DNA of 61,764 bases, filler included, from 6 parts of 6 records of this genome joined end to end with filler, not necessarily neighbours in it, one strand, 5' to 3'; shown: positions 32,857 through 44,523, counted from the whole stretch's first letter. Made by a program: numbers and translations. The notes: generated by a model from the sequence alone, not told the origin.

Positions 32857-33468
32857 TCAGTTTTCAGAAGTAGAATTGTCTAATAAATAGTCCAGTTCGT
32901 ATCCTGGTGGAAAGGGGGATAGTTCTTCCTTGCTTATTTTTCTTCTAGAGCCGATTCGGAATCCAAAATTTAGATGAACAAAGTTCATTTCATTCAGCAG
33001 ATGAAATGTACCCCCGAGGTGCAATCTTCCAAAGTAGAAACCTGCGCCAGGAGAAAATACGGCAGACTCGCTTCGGTTTTCGTTCAGAGTAATTGGGATA
33101 CCGCCGAGTTCAAAATACGGAGATTCAATTGAGTACATTCCGATTCCTGTGCTCAAGTAAAGTGAAAGTTTACTGGTTGTTAAATAATATTTTCCGTTCA
33201 ATGCCGCTGACTTTATCGTAAGTATGTCAAAGGTTCCACCATCAATAAAGTCATGTCCTGTGAATCCAGAGTATCCTAATTGAATTCCAATATCAATCTT
33301 TTCGCTGATACTATAATGAGGTTCAAGATTTAAACCAATCCCAAGGACATAGTTATCGTAAAAGACACCCTGAGGAAAAGCTGGTGCAATATTAGTTGTG
33401 ATCTGAAATTGCGCATCCGAGGTGTGTATTGCTAAAATGCTGGCAATGGAGCAGAGGAAGTTTTTCAT
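32857..33468 (-). CDS. Putative small outer-membrane beta-barrel protein
   Basis: Signal peptide ending SDAQ; alternating aromatic/Gly strands (IGIQLGYSGF, LYLSTGIGMY, FSPGAGFYF, LNFGFRIG). Confidence 0.65.
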   Translation of the reverse strand: MKNFLCSIASILAIHTSDAQFQITTNIAPAFPQGVFYDNYVLGIGLNLEPHYSISEKIDIGIQLGYSGFTGHDFIDGGTFDILTIKSAALNGKYYLTTSKLSLYLSTGIGMYSIESPYFELGGIPITLNENRSESAVFSPGAGFYFGRLHLGGTFHLLNEMNFVHLNFGFRIGSRRKISKEELSPFPPGYELDYLLDNSTSEN

Positions 33469-33666
33469 CAATAATTCGACTCATTTGTTTAATGGGGCAA
33501 ATTATGTTTCGGCCAAGTGTTATGATTCAGTGAAGTATCTACAGTTAGTATACTATTGAGAAAAAATCCAAATCTTTACAAAATACAGATCTTAAAAATT
33601 TTCTGGTAAGTTTGGATGCAGACGGAATAATTTTTGCTCTAGAAACCGCTGATGAAATACAAAGCC

Positions 33667-34749
33667 ATGTACAAATACATTTTTATCATAGCCATAGTCG
33701 CTTTCTCATGTTCAGAAAGTAGTCGGAAGAACCTCAAATCTGACTTGCTTCCCAATGCCAGAGGGGAAGCAGATGAGATCATTTTGGTTGTTGATTCGAC
33801 GCAGTGGGCAGACACACTTGGTCTAGGTAACGAATTAAAGAAAACCTTCAGGGCTCCCATGTTGGGATTGCCTCAGGATGAACCTCTTTTCAATCTGAGT
33901 AAAGTGAGTCCGCGAAAGCTAAATTCTGTATTGAAATCAGCCAAAAACATGGTTTTTGTGATGACTTTGGATAGCAAAACGCCAGATAGCAGGGTTCTGC
34001 AGCAATACTTTACGGATCAATCACTTAATCAGATCAAACGAGACACTAGTATGTACATGAGGCTGCAACGTGATCTGTTTGCCAGAGGGCAGACGGTGAT
34101 GTTTCTATTCTCCTCATCGGAAGAAAAACTGGCGCAGAAAATAAACTATAACAGATCTCAGATCAGGGAGGTATTTGAGACTTCAGCACGAGAGACAATT
34201 AAAGGCCAGTTATTCAATAGCACTAAAAAACAACTTGCCACGCAGATTCAGGAAAACCACAAAGTTGGATTGACCATTCCATTCGGCTGGGAGAAGGCCA
34301 GAGACCTTAAGAATTTCTTTTGGATGCGATTGATGGATGCCCAAACCGAGCAGAGCATCTTCGTCTATTATGAACCATACACAGACAGGGGCGTATTCAA
34401 TGAGATCGGTGAGTTTAGGGATAAAGTCACGAAACGTTTCCTTTACGATGGCGAAAACACAGATGTACACATCCAGAGGCAGGAGATCATCCCTGTCTTC
34501 ACAGAAAGAGTAAATTTCAATGGACACTTCGCTGTTGAAGCGAGGGGACTTTGGAAGATTAGCGACAATTCGAGAGGTGGCCCATTCATAAGCTATACCA
34601 TCGTAGATGAAAGTGAAGGCATGATCTATTATGTAGAGGGCTATGTAGATTCACCGGGTACTAGAAAGAAAAATCTGATCAGGGAGCTGGAAGCTATACT
34701 TTCAACCTTCAAAACTGCAGGAGATCTAAAAGATTCGCCCGAATCTTAG
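33667..34749 (+). CDS. DUF4837 family lipoprotein
   Basis: Lipobox AFSC; GLPQDEPLF, DLFARGQ, EARGLW, GGPFISY, RELEAIL; usual Bacteroidetes context. Confidence 0.8.
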   Translation: MYKYIFIIAIVAFSCSESSRKNLKSDLLPNARGEADEIILVVDSTQWADTLGLGNELKKTFRAPMLGLPQDEPLFNLSKVSPRKLNSVLKSAKNMVFVMTLDSKTPDSRVLQQYFTDQSLNQIKRDTSMYMRLQRDLFARGQTVMFLFSSSEEKLAQKINYNRSQIREVFETSARETIKGQLFNSTKKQLATQIQENHKVGLTIPFGWEKARDLKNFFWMRLMDAQTEQSIFVYYEPYTDRGVFNEIGEFRDKVTKRFLYDGENTDVHIQRQEIIPVFTERVNFNGHFAVEARGLWKISDNSRGGPFISYTIVDESEGMIYYVEGYVDSPGTRKKNLIRELEAILSTFKTAGDLKDSPES

Positions 34750-34836
34750 GCTGAACATTGCGAAATCCTTTTTAGTTGGTGACCTTTGAAGGTCAGTCCA
34801 TTCTGACTTAAAAACCAACTAATTCAAACAACAAGG

Positions 34837-37122
34837 ATGAGCACGACAAAAATCCGCCCTAAAGAAGCATTAGATTATCATGAAAATAAACCTGCCGGAA
34901 AAATTGAGGTCAACTCAACCAAACCGGTTAGCTCTCAGCACGACTTGGCGTTGGCCTATTCTCCAGGAGTAGCAGAACCGTGCAAGGTGATTGCTGACGA
35001 TCCGGAGGCAGTTTATAAATACACGGCTAAAGGAAATTTGGTTGGCGTAATTTCCAACGGTACCGCTGTGTTAGGGCTAGGAAATATCGGACCAGAAGCC
35101 TCCAAACCTGTCATGGAAGGTAAGGGAGTCTTATTCAAGAAATTTGCTGGTATCGATGTATTCGATATTGAAATCAATGAACAAGACCCGGATAAGTTCA
35201 TTGAAATTGTCAAATCGTTGGAACCAACTTTTGGAGGCATCAACTTGGAAGACATTAAAGCACCTGAAAGTTTCAAGATTGAACAAACACTTCGGGAGCA
35301 GATGAACATCCCGATCATGCACGATGATCAGCACGGAACAGCCATAATATCAAGTGCGGCACTTTTAAATGCACTTGAAGTAGTTGGTAAGAAAATCGAT
35401 AAAATCAAGATTGTGGTCAGCGGAGCTGGAGCAGCAGCAATAGCCTGTACAGATCTTTATGTTTCCCTTGGAGCAAAGAAGGAAAATATCATGATGTCTG
35501 ATAGTAAGGGTATTTTGAACAAGGAGCGCAAAGGACTTGATGAAATCAAATCCAAGTACGTCACAGATCAAAAAGTAAACACACTAGAGGAGGCTCTCAA
35601 GGGGGCGGATGTTTTCCTTGGACTATCTGTAGCTGACATGGTCAACCCGAAAATGCTAAAGTCGATGGCCAATGATCCAATCGTGTTTGCCCTGGCAAAT
35701 CCTGATCCTGAGATTGCCTACAACCTGGCCATGAAAACCCGAAATGATGTAATCATGGCAACCGGTCGTTCCGATCACCCTAATCAGGTAAATAACGTAT
35801 TAGGATTCCCGTATATCTTCCGGGGAGCACTGGATGTCAGGTCTACAGCTATTAATGAAGAAATGAAGCTGGCGGCAGTGAATGCCATTGCTAAACTGGC
35901 CAAAGAGCAAGTGCCGGATATCGTTCTTAAAGCTTATGGCAAGAAAAACATAAAGTTTGGCCCTGAGTACCTTATTCCAAAGCCAATGGATCCTCGTCTG
36001 ATCACGACGATTTCTCCGGCAGTTGCCAAAGCGGCCATGGATACCGGTGTGGCCAGAATTCAGATCAAGGACTGGAAGAAATACGAAGATGAGTTACTGG
36101 AAAGAGTTGGACTGGATCAGCGACTCATTTCGCGATTTGTATATCGAGCAAGACAAAATCCGAAGAAGGTAGTATTTGCCGAAGCGGATCATGTCAATAT
36201 CCTTAAGGCAGCTCAGATGACCTTAGATTCCGGAATAGGCACTCCTATTCTGATGGGAAAAAGAGAGGACATTGAGGGGCTAATCAAGGAAAATGATCTT
36301 GATGCACTCTTTGATTGTGAGATCATTGATCCAAATGATCAACCTGAAAAAATAGAAGAATTTGCTGCTGAGTACACCAAAATCCGTCAGCGAAAAGGAA
36401 TGACCATGCACCTGGCACGTAAAGCCATGCAAAGCAGGACCTATTTTGGGATGATGATGGTGGAGAAAGGAGAAGCCGATGTGTTGATTTCCGGACTTTC
36501 CAACGATTATCCGAAAACGGTGCTCCCCGCTCTTCAAATTGTTGGGATGGAAGAAGGGGTTCAAAAAGTGGCGGGTTTGTACATTGTGAATACGCCAAAA
36601 GGGAATTTCTTCTTTTCTGATTGTACAGTAAATATGAATCCTTCTGCGGAGGAATTGGTAGAGATCATTGGTCTCACGCATCGAGCGGTTCGGTTCTTCG
36701 ATTATGAGCCAAAAATGGCAGCATTGTCATTCTCCAACTTTGGTTCTGCTAAAGGAGCAGTACCAGAGAAAGTATCTAAAGCTGTGAAATTGGCAAAAGC
36801 TAAATGGCCTAAAATAATCCTGGATGGAGAATTGCAAGCCAATGTGGCTTTGAACCGAAACCTGAGAGATGAATTGTATCCTTTCAACGACCTGAAGGGC
36901 CACAATGTAAACACATTGATTTTCCCGGATCTTCAGTCTGGCAACATTGTTTACAAAACCATGATGGAAATTGGCGGAGCTGAAGTAATCGGGCCAATTC
37001 TCATGGGAATGAAAAAATCAGTTCAGGTTCTTCAGCTAGGAAGTTCTGTTCGTGAGATATACAATATGGTAGCCATTGCGGTGGTAGATGCAGGTGTGGA
37101 CAAGAAAGACAGGCTGCTATGA
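34837..37122 (+). CDS. maeB: NADP-dependent malic enzyme with PTA-like domain
   Basis: [51 protein letters not shown]-terminal SFSNFGS and DGELQ. Confidence 0.97.
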   Translation: MSTTKIRPKEALDYHENKPAGKIEVNSTKPVSSQHDLALAYSPGVAEPCKVIADDPEAVYKYTAKGNLVGVISNGTAVLGLGNIGPEASKPVMEGKGVLFKKFAGIDVFDIEINEQDPDKFIEIVKSLEPTFGGINLEDIKAPESFKIEQTLREQMNIPIMHDDQHGTAIISSAALLNALEVVGKKIDKIKIVVSGAGAAAIACTDLYVSLGAKKENIMMSDSKGILNKERKGLDEIKSKYVTDQKVNTLEEALKGADVFLGLSVADMVNPKMLKSMANDPIVFALANPDPEIAYNLAMKTRNDVIMATGRSDHPNQVNNVLGFPYIFRGALDVRSTAINEEMKLAAVNAIAKLAKEQVPDIVLKAYGKKNIKFGPEYLIPKPMDPRLITTISPAVAKAAMDTGVARIQIKDWKKYEDELLERVGLDQRLISRFVYRARQNPKKVVFAEADHVNILKAAQMTLDSGIGTPILMGKREDIEGLIKENDLDALFDCEIIDPNDQPEKIEEFAAEYTKIRQRKGMTMHLARKAMQSRTYFGMMMVEKGEADVLISGLSNDYPKTVLPALQIVGMEEGVQKVAGLYIVNTPKGNFFFSDCTVNMNPSAEELVEIIGLTHRAVRFFDYEPKMAALSFSNFGSAKGAVPEKVSKAVKLAKAKWPKIILDGELQANVALNRNLRDELYPFNDLKGHNVNTLIFPDLQSGNIVYKTMMEIGGAEVIGPILMGMKKSVQVLQLGSSVREIYNMVAIAVVDAGVDKKDRLL

Positions 37123-37685
37123 TTACATATTTAAAGGGAAGACTGGCTTTTAAAGATCCGACTCATCTGGTAGTTGATGTTGGGGGAGTGGGCTATGAGG
37201 TGAAAATCAGTTTGATCACCTATTCGCAGGTGAAGGACAAAGAAGATATTCTTATCCAGACCTATTTGCATGTAAAAGAGGATTCTCACACTTTGTTCGG
37301 CTTTTTCGAAGCTTCAGAGAAGAAACGATTCCTCGATTTATTGTCAATCAATGGTGTTGGTCCGAGTACAGCACTTATGATTCTTTCGTCATTGGATGCC
37401 AAAGAATTGCAGGCGGCAATCGTCCAGGAGGATGTGAAAACCATCCAATCGGTTAAAGGGATTGGTGGGAAGACAGCCCAACGAATTATCCTTGAGCTGA
37501 AGGATAAGATGAAAAAAGAGGGATTACTTGACAAAAGTGTTGAAATTCAGCCTCGTTTCGATAATACACTGCGATCTGAGGCGTTATCTGCCTTAACCAC
37601 TTTAGGGATTAACAAAGCTGCCGCTGAAAAAACAGTGGATAAGATTTTGAAAGATTACGGAGAGGAGATTAAACTTGAAGAATTG
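37119..37685 (+). CDS. ruvA: Holliday junction branch migration protein RuvA (3'-truncated)
   Basis: [16 protein letters not shown], HhH motifs INGVGP and [17 protein letters not shown]. Confidence 0.96.
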
Positions 37686-37785
37686 NNNNNNNNNNNNNNN
37701 NNNNNNNNNNNNNNNNNNNNNNNNNNNNNTTAATTAATTAANNNNNNNNNNNNNNNNNNNNNNNNNNNNNNNNNNNNNNNNNNNN
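37686..37785. other. Artificial contig linker
   Basis: Same N-TTAATTAATTAA-N structure. Confidence 0.99.
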
Positions 37786-37787
37786 AA

Positions 37788-38132
37788 ATGAGATCAGTAA
37801 ATCATGTAGCTTCAAGAGCTCGTCGTAAAAAGATGATGAAGCACGCCAAAGGGTACTTTGGCAGAAGAAAAAACGTCTGGACTGTTTCTAAGAACGCCAT
37901 CGAAAAAGGATGGTCTTATGCATACAGAGATAGAAAAGCAAAGAAAAGAGAATTTAGATCACTTTGGATTCAGCGTATTAATGCAGGTGCTCGTGAGCAC
38001 GGAATGTCTTATTCTGTATTCATGGGTAAGCTGAAAGAAGCTGGAATCGAAATCAACAGAAAAGCATTAGCTGACCTGGCAATGAATGAACCAAAAGCAT
38101 TCAAAGCGGTGGTAGATACTGTGAAGAAATAA
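37788..38132 (+). CDS. rplT: 50S ribosomal protein L20
   Basis: [42 protein letters not shown]. Confidence 0.98.
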   Translation: MRSVNHVASRARRKKMMKHAKGYFGRRKNVWTVSKNAIEKGWSYAYRDRKAKKREFRSLWIQRINAGAREHGMSYSVFMGKLKEAGIEINRKALADLAMNEPKAFKAVVDTVKK

Positions 38133-38154
38133 TAACTTCACTCAAATTATGATT

Positions 38155-38188
38155 AGAACCCTTGCAGTGATGTGAGGGTTTTTTGTTT
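38155..38188 (+). terminator. Terminator after rplT
   Basis: AACCCTTGCA-GTGA-TGTGAGGGTT followed by a T-run. Confidence 0.8.
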
Positions 38189-38210
38189 GCTATTGGACCA
38201 GCTACTCGAT

Positions 38211-38247
38211 AAAAAAATCCCAGCCGAATAATACGACCAGGATTTTT
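38211..38247 (-). terminator. Terminator of the T9SS cargo gene
   Basis: Minus strand AAAAATCCTGGTCG-loop-CGGCTGGGATTTTTTT. Confidence 0.7.
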
Positions 38248-38274
38248 CTCTTCATAATTAGGGCCGTATTTTTT

Positions 38275-41200
38275 CTATTTAACTATCAACCGTTTGATAG
38301 TATTTACATCCGGCCCCTGTACTCTTATTAGATACATTCCTGTTCTCAAATCAGTGACTTTAAAGGTTTGCTTATTCATTCCTTCTGCATATTTGATTGA
38401 CTTGAGCACTGCGCCACTCAATGTAATGAGTTCAATTGACGTAGCTATACCCTCATTAATAACAATATGAGCTACATCACTGGACGGATTAGGGTAGATC
38501 GATACTGTCACATCTTCAAAAGCCCCGAGACTTACTCGTTTTACTTCTGAATATTCAAATTGACCATCATAATCTACTTGCTTTAATCGATAGTAGTTAA
38601 ATCCTGACTGGAGATCCCGGTGAACGAATGAATACTCTGAAACCCGATTTACTGTGCCATTTCCTTCCACTTCACCAACGTTTTCAAACGAAATCCCATC
38701 ATTTGAGTACTCGATTTCAAAATGATCATTGTTAATCTCCTGGGCCGTTATCCAGGTTAATTTAGCTGCATTCCCATCTATCATGACTTTAAAGCTGATT
38801 AGCTCAACCGGAAGAGGTGATGCATCGTTGTACAAATAGTCAGGAACATTTGCGAACTCACCGCTCTGACCCTCTGTGAAGTCATTAAAGTAATTTCCAT
38901 CTCCATTCGTGTCTTCTGCTATCGTAAGTGTTCCATCATCATCGTCATCATCATCTCTGAAGTTTGGAAGGCCGTCACCATCAGCATTTGGTAGAGCTGC
39001 ACCTATTCCACCTTGATCCGGATCAAACGCATCCACGATACCATCACCATCCAGGTCAATGTTTCCTTCATTGGTATCCAACACTAAGTCTCCATCGTCA
39101 TCCCATGATGGGGTTCCATCAAAGTTTGAATCATGCCCTTCGAAAAGATCCCCAAGTCCCGGGCTACCGGCACTATCACCATCTGAGTCAGTATCAAGGT
39201 AATCAGGACTTCCATCACCATCTGTGTTGATGATAGAAAGGGCAGAACCACCATTGTCTGGATCCACATTGTCATTCAGGCCGTCACCGTCTGTATCAAT
39301 AAAGTTATCAAGAGCACCGTCTCTATTCGAATCTGTACCATTGTTTTCAGCGGCATCAGTAATTCCGTCATTATCTGAATCCCGATCGAGAAAATCAGGA
39401 AGATTGTCATCATAACCTGTACCATTATCAGAGTCAGGATTTACCAGCGCAACACCTCCGTTATCGGGATCCACATCGTTCGCCAGGCCATCTCCATCTG
39501 TATCATTTGCGGTCATGTATGACCATAAGTATGCACCTTCTGATGTCATATTTGCAGGCAAAGACCCACCATTCCCTTCAATGGCATCAGGAATACCATC
39601 ATTATCCGAATCGAGATCCATGTGATTAGGTACCCCATCTAAATCCTGATCAAAGCTGTCATTGATCCCATCAGAATTAATGTCTTCATAGCCTGCAAAA
39701 TCTGGATCCAGGTAATTAGCTAGACCGTCAGCATCTGCATCCGCAGATGGATCGACACCATTCCCTTCTACTAAGTCAGTCAGGCCGTCATTATCGCTAT
39801 CATTATCACTATCATCCTGGACGCCATCGTTATCAGAGTCATTCGCGCAGCTGTTGAAAGACACTCCATCAATATATGGGGTGTTAGCTACCCAGGTAAA
39901 CCTAATATATCTAATACCTCCGGCAGGAACTGTATAAGTTCTTGTTTCAGAATTTGGTCGTAAAACAATGCCGGTGAATGAAACGGTATTTCCAAAAGTT
40001 ACGCCATCTAAAGATGAGCTAACATCCATGCTGGCCGCAGGCTGACCGTTCCATGAGGTGGTTACAATGGAAATGTCTTCACCCTCAGCTACAACTTCGC
40101 CCAAGTCCAGTGAGAGGTATTCTCCAGTTGCATCTACATATGCAAGAAGCGTGTTGTTATCGCCACTTCCTGCATAATCAGGTGCTCCTAAAGCAGCATC
40201 TTGACGAGTGGCTCCCACATCTTCATAAACAGACAATGCATAACCAGTTCCATTATTGACCTTACCGGGTCCACAAGTATTTCCATTCGATTCCAGATAA
40301 TCAGGTGTTCCATTTGCCGGATTAGCGTCTACGCTTTCATCTATTGTTGGTCGTCCATCTCCATCATCATCATTGTCTCTCCAGTCAGGTTCACTATCTC
40401 CATCCGTATTTTGAAGTGCGACAGGGGTTGCATCAAAGTCATCATCAACGCCGTTATCATTCGCATCTGTACCGGAGGGAGTATCATCCTCTACTCCATC
40501 TGCATTATTATCATTCCCTTCTATTAAGTCTGAGATACCATCTGCGTCACTATCGGAATCCTGGAAGTCTGGTGTACCATCTCCGTCATGGTCATTGCCC
40601 GTAAGGGCTGTTCCGCCATTGTCCGCATCAAAACTGTCATCCAGTCCATCACCGTCTGTATCTGTACCCGATGGTGAGCCGATATATCCTGCAGTTGTTT
40701 GTCCTTCTCCCAAGTCAGGAATGCCATCACCATCTGCATCTAAATCTCGGTAGTCTAGATTACCATCACCGTCCGTATCTGTGAATGAATCAGGAATTAC
40801 ATTTGCGTTGGTGTCTGTCCCAACTGTTTCAATCGAATCAGGAATCCCATCACCATCAGAGTCTGCATCCTGGGAGTCCACAAGTCCGTCACTATCAAAG
40901 TCAGCATTCGCAAGCGCAGTGCCTGCAGTGAATGCTCCACCTGTATCATCTATATCATCTACAAGCCCATCGCCATCAGAATCATTGGCCGTGGCATAGG
41001 CGGACGGATACTGCCCACTTTCATCCATATTAGCCGGAAGAACTCCATTATTTGCCTCATAAGCATTTGGGATACCATCACCATCTGAGTCCAGGTCATA
41101 GCGATCGGTAATACCATCACCATCCGCATCTGCAACATCTGACTGATCCACATCCGGGATGCCATCATTATTGTCGTCCAGGTCACTTGCATTTGCCACA

Positions 41201-44200
41201 CCATCACCGTCAGGATCATCTGTGAAATATAGATAGTCAGGAGTAGGGGACCCACCCTGGGTGAAATCATCAGCAAAGTTTCCATTGCTGTTAAAGTCTT
41301 CTGAATCAGTCGGTACTCCATCATCATCATCATCAATATCCCTGAAATCAACTCTTCCATCCGTATCGGTATCTTGGTTACCAGCCACGGTACCACCATC
41401 GTCTGGGTCATAATTATCATCCAGACCATCATTGTCTGTGTCACTGCCAGCTGAAAGCTCATCAGCTACTCCATCAGTGTCAGCATCTCTACTCTCTACT
41501 CTATCCAGAACGCCATCATTATCAGAATCTGTATCCCGATAGTCATTTCGTGCGTCACCATCCGTATTGACCAATACGATCGCAGTGCCTCCATTATCAG
41601 AATCATAGCTATCATCCCATCCATCACCATCTGTATCTGAGGAGCTAGGTGCTACATATCCTGCAATTGTTTGTGCTTCTACATCATCTGTGATACCATC
41701 ACCATCTGAGTCTATATCGATGTAATCAGGTACAGAATCACCATCTGTATTTCTGGCACGTTTTGTAATGCTTCCATTTAACAACGTGGTTCCGAATATG
41801 TCAGGGTCATAATCGTCATGAAAACCATCTCCAGTTGCATCAGCAAAACTGTCAATCATAGCATCTCCGTCGGTATCTTCTCCTCCGGCCTCAACCAGGT
41901 CAGCTATACCATCATTATCAGAATCCAGATCCCTGAAATCCTCAATTCCATCGCCATCAGTATCAGGAATAGCGAGTGCGGTTCCTCCTGTTGATGTATC
42001 TACATCATCCACTATTCCGTCACCATCTGAATCATTGGCTAGGGAGTAAGCAGGAGGGTAGGCTCCATCTTCATCCATATTAGAAGGCAAGAAACCACCG
42101 TTAGCTTCTACAGCATCTGGGATACCATCATTGTCTGTGTCTTTATCCACTTGATCCGGAATTCCATCCAGGTCAAGGTCTGCCAGGTCATTAACACCAT
42201 CTCCGTTGGAGTCAGTGAAACCAGGAAAATCAGTATCGAGATAATCTGGAATTTTATCTCCGTCTGTATCTAATGAGTGGTCAGTGCCACCACCTTCGGT
42301 TATATCAGGAATTCCGTTGTTGTTGTCGTCAGGGTCGTCAAAATCCAGTATTTCATCATAATCTGAATCGATTCCACACCATGAAAAGTCATCTAGTCCA
42401 ATTGCCTGATCGGTAGCCGGAGCAAGCGCATTTCCATATTTGATAACTAGTGAGTCTACAGATTGAAGCAAGCACAGGCGAACATTTCCGAAATACTCGT
42501 CATCCTCTGAATTAGCAGTACCGACTACAAAATTGTTTGCATTTAGTTTATTATATGCGCCATTGATAATGTTGGTTCCATCGAGTACAACCACATCCCC
42601 ATCTCGGAATATATTCACAGCCATAGAATCGACATGGCTACCTGAGGCAGCATCGATATCCAACAGGTCAAAGCAAAACCCTTCCAGGGGTTTATCAAAC
42701 TTCACCCTTAGTAAGGTAAAGGAGCTAACTGAAGAGGTGGTTTGTAACACCCGAACATAATTGTCGGTTTGAATTTGATCATCTATTTCATACTCTTGAG
42801 ATGCATTAGATGGATCGGTAAAGCTAAAGGTGATATCTACAGCATCTACGTTAAATACCGGCCCTGGGGTAGTGCCATCCGCAAAACCATTGAATGTTAA
42901 AACAGAGCCGTCATCACATGCGGATATGTAATCTGGAATTCCGTCACCGTTTGCATCCGGAATTTCCGCACTGGTTAAAACTCCGTCACCATCGTCATCA
43001 GTGTCTTGAAAATCCGGTGTGGTATCATCATCAACAAGATTCGCTGCAGCAGCCGCTGCGCTTCCTGTTAAGTTTCCGGCTTCATCTACACCATTAACCG
43101 TATCAAAATTGTCGTCTATTCCGTCTCCATCAGCGTCCGTTCCTGCTAAAGCAGTGATATCTGCTACGCCATTAAAGTCTATATCATTTCCCTCAATAAA
43201 ATCGCTAACTCCGTCAGCATCTGAGTCATCATCCAGGTAGTCATAAAGTCCGTCTCCGTCAGTATTGGCAGGGAGTCCGCCTGATGTTGGTAAGTTCTCA
43301 ATGCTATCCAGAATGCCATCATTATCTGAATCAAGATCCAACGCATCTGGGGCGCCATCTAGATCACTATCAAAATTATCATCTGTATTGTCTCCATTCG
43401 CATCAGTTCTTCCTGGGAAGTCACTGTCATACACATTTGGAATGCCATCACCATCAGCATCCCCAGGAGTATAACCCTCAACAGTATTTAAGATTCCATC
43501 TCCATCAGCGTCCGTTTCCGCATCATCTTTAATACCATCATTATCAAAATCCTGTGAGCAGTAATCAAAATCTCCTATACCAAAATCCTGAACACCAGCT
43601 GTATTATCCCCATTTTCAAAAATAATTTCTATCCTTTGAATAGGTTCTGGAAAACAAATGGTCACATTCGCCGGGTCAATACCACAGCAAAACTCTTCAC
43701 CGATTCCTTCAAACTCATTGGCACCATTATATTGTGTATTACCGCTACCTAATGTGTAATCAGCAGCTGTAAGGGTGATGGGGTTGCCTGAAACATCTAT
43801 TCCATTTACGGTTATGATATCATCAAAATCTGCACCGTCAGAATCGATATCATAAAGCTGAAAGCAAAAGTCATATAGATAATCTCCATTGAAGTCTATT
43901 ATGATGGTATTGCTTCTTGTAAAATTTAAGAGGTCTTGGGTTATTTCCCAAGTCTCGTCATAGACAAAAAATCCGGAAGGGAAGTTGTTGTTGATTTCAT
44001 CTCCTGTAATTCCACCATCCCCTGTAGTGGAAAAGCTAAACGATACAGACTCATCAAGATGTGTGTCTCCAAGTATTGGGTCGGCTACAGCGTATTCACT
44101 CCAGGTAAAATCTGCTCTTGCGGCGCAATTGTCCTGAGAATATGCAACAGTGGAAATGAATAGACATAGCAGAGTTGCTATGAAACAGGCTTTTACATTA

Positions 44201-44208
44201 TCAAACAT
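38275..44208 (-). CDS. Large T9SS-secreted, Asp-rich calcium-binding repeat protein (putative adhesin), 1977 aa
   Basis: Signal peptide ending AYSQ; dozens of DxDxDG(I/V)PD thrombospondin type-3-like repeats; PLPVELISF domain; type-A CTD (SIYPNP...GMYLIRV...KRLIVK). Confidence 0.9.
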   Translation of the reverse strand: MFDNVKACFIATLLCLFISTVAYSQDNCAARADFTWSEYAVADPILGDTHLDESVSFSFSTTGDGGITGDEINNNFPSGFFVYDETWEITQDLLNFTRSNTIIIDFNGDYLYDFCFQLYDIDSDGADFDDIITVNGIDVSGNPITLTAADYTLGSGNTQYNGANEFEGIGEEFCCGIDPANVTICFPEPIQRIEIIFENGDNTAGVQDFGIGDFDYCSQDFDNDGIKDDAETDADGDGILNTVEGYTPGDADGDGIPNVYDSDFPGRTDANGDNTDDNFDSDLDGAPDALDLDSDNDGILDSIENLPTSGGLPANTDGDGLYDYLDDDSDADGVSDFIEGNDIDFNGVADITALAGTDADGDGIDDNFDTVNGVDEAGNLTGSAAAAAANLVDDDTTPDFQDTDDDGDGVLTSAEIPDANGDGIPDYISACDDGSVLTFNGFADGTTPGPVFNVDAVDITFSFTDPSNASQEYEIDDQIQTDNYVRVLQTTSSVSSFTLLRVKFDKPLEGFCFDLLDIDAASGSHVDSMAVNIFRDGDVVVLDGTNIINGAYNKLNANNFVVGTANSEDDEYFGNVRLCLLQSVDSLVIKYGNALAPATDQAIGLDDFSWCGIDSDYDEILDFDDPDDNNNGIPDITEGGGTDHSLDTDGDKIPDYLDTDFPGFTDSNGDGVNDLADLDLDGIPDQVDKDTDNDGIPDAVEANGGFLPSNMDEDGAYPPAYSLANDSDGDGIVDDVDTSTGGTALAIPDTDGDGIEDFRDLDSDNDGIADLVEAGGEDTDGDAMIDSFADATGDGFHDDYDPDIFGTTLLNGSITKRARNTDGDSVPDYIDIDSDGDGITDDVEAQTIAGYVAPSSSDTDGDGWDDSYDSDNGGTAIVLVNTDGDARNDYRDTDSDNDGVLDRVESRDADTDGVADELSAGSDTDNDGLDDNYDPDDGGTVAGNQDTDTDGRVDFRDIDDDDDGVPTDSEDFNSNGNFADDFTQGGSPTPDYLYFTDDPDGDGVANASDLDDNNDGIPDVDQSDVADADGDGITDRYDLDSDGDGIPNAYEANNGVLPANMDESGQYPSAYATANDSDGDGLVDDIDDTGGAFTAGTALANADFDSDGLVDSQDADSDGDGIPDSIETVGTDTNANVIPDSFTDTDGDGNLDYRDLDADGDGIPDLGEGQTTAGYIGSPSGTDTDGDGLDDSFDADNGGTALTGNDHDGDGTPDFQDSDSDADGISDLIEGNDNNADGVEDDTPSGTDANDNGVDDDFDATPVALQNTDGDSEPDWRDNDDDGDGRPTIDESVDANPANGTPDYLESNGNTCGPGKVNNGTGYALSVYEDVGATRQDAALGAPDYAGSGDNNTLLAYVDATGEYLSLDLGEVVAEGEDISIVTTSWNGQPAASMDVSSSLDGVTFGNTVSFTGIVLRPNSETRTYTVPAGGIRYIRFTWVANTPYIDGVSFNSCANDSDNDGVQDDSDNDSDNDGLTDLVEGNGVDPSADADADGLANYLDPDFAGYEDINSDGINDSFDQDLDGVPNHMDLDSDNDGIPDAIEGNGGSLPANMTSEGAYLWSYMTANDTDGDGLANDVDPDNGGVALVNPDSDNGTGYDDNLPDFLDRDSDNDGITDAAENNGTDSNRDGALDNFIDTDGDGLNDNVDPDNGGSALSIINTDGDGSPDYLDTDSDGDSAGSPGLGDLFEGHDSNFDGTPSWDDDGDLVLDTNEGNIDLDGDGIVDAFDPDQGGIGAALPNADGDGLPNFRDDDDDDDGTLTIAEDTNGDGNYFNDFTEGQSGEFANVPDYLYNDASPLPVELISFKVMIDGNAAKLTWITAQEINNDHFEIEYSNDGISFENVGEVEGNGTVNRVSEYSFVHRDLQSGFNYYRLKQVDYDGQFEYSEVKRVSLGAFEDVTVSIYPNPSSDVAHIVINEGIATSIELITLSGAVLKSIKYAEGMNKQTFKVTDLRTGMYLIRVQGPDVNTIKRLIVK

Positions 44209-44447
44209 TAGTCCTAAAGCGTTAGGTTAATCTTTCTGTGTATTACTTGTACACAAGTACTAAAATTGTTTGATAGCTGGAAGAATTAGGTTGAGGGCGA
44301 ATATATGAATTACATATTAGCAATTGATAATTTTTTCGACGAAAAATCCTTTTTTTTATCTTTTTTCAGATATTCAGGATACATATACTGGATTTTTGTT
44401 GCTAAAGCAATTATATCGTAGGAAATGGAAAAAATTAGAGTTAGTAA

Positions 44448-44523
44448 TAAAAAGCATTCTCAAATTTTGAGAGGCTTTGCGGTCCGGATGAGACCGGCAA
44501 ACGTTTTGTCGAACTCGCGACCT
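44448..44523 (-). repeat. Degenerate copy of the tRNA-Asp 3' end with its own terminator-like hairpin
   Basis: TTTGCGGTCCGGAtGAGAC[14 nt]TCGAACTCGCGACCT repeats 44577-44610; hairpin AAAGCATTCTCAAATTTTGAGAGGCTTT. Confidence 0.85.

Noticed and set aside
38800..43560. Repetitive CCATCA/TCATCA DNA as a possible CRISPR or nucleotide repeat array
   Set aside because: It reflects Asp-Gly codon repeats of the T9SS protein; there is no fixed repeat-spacer periodicity
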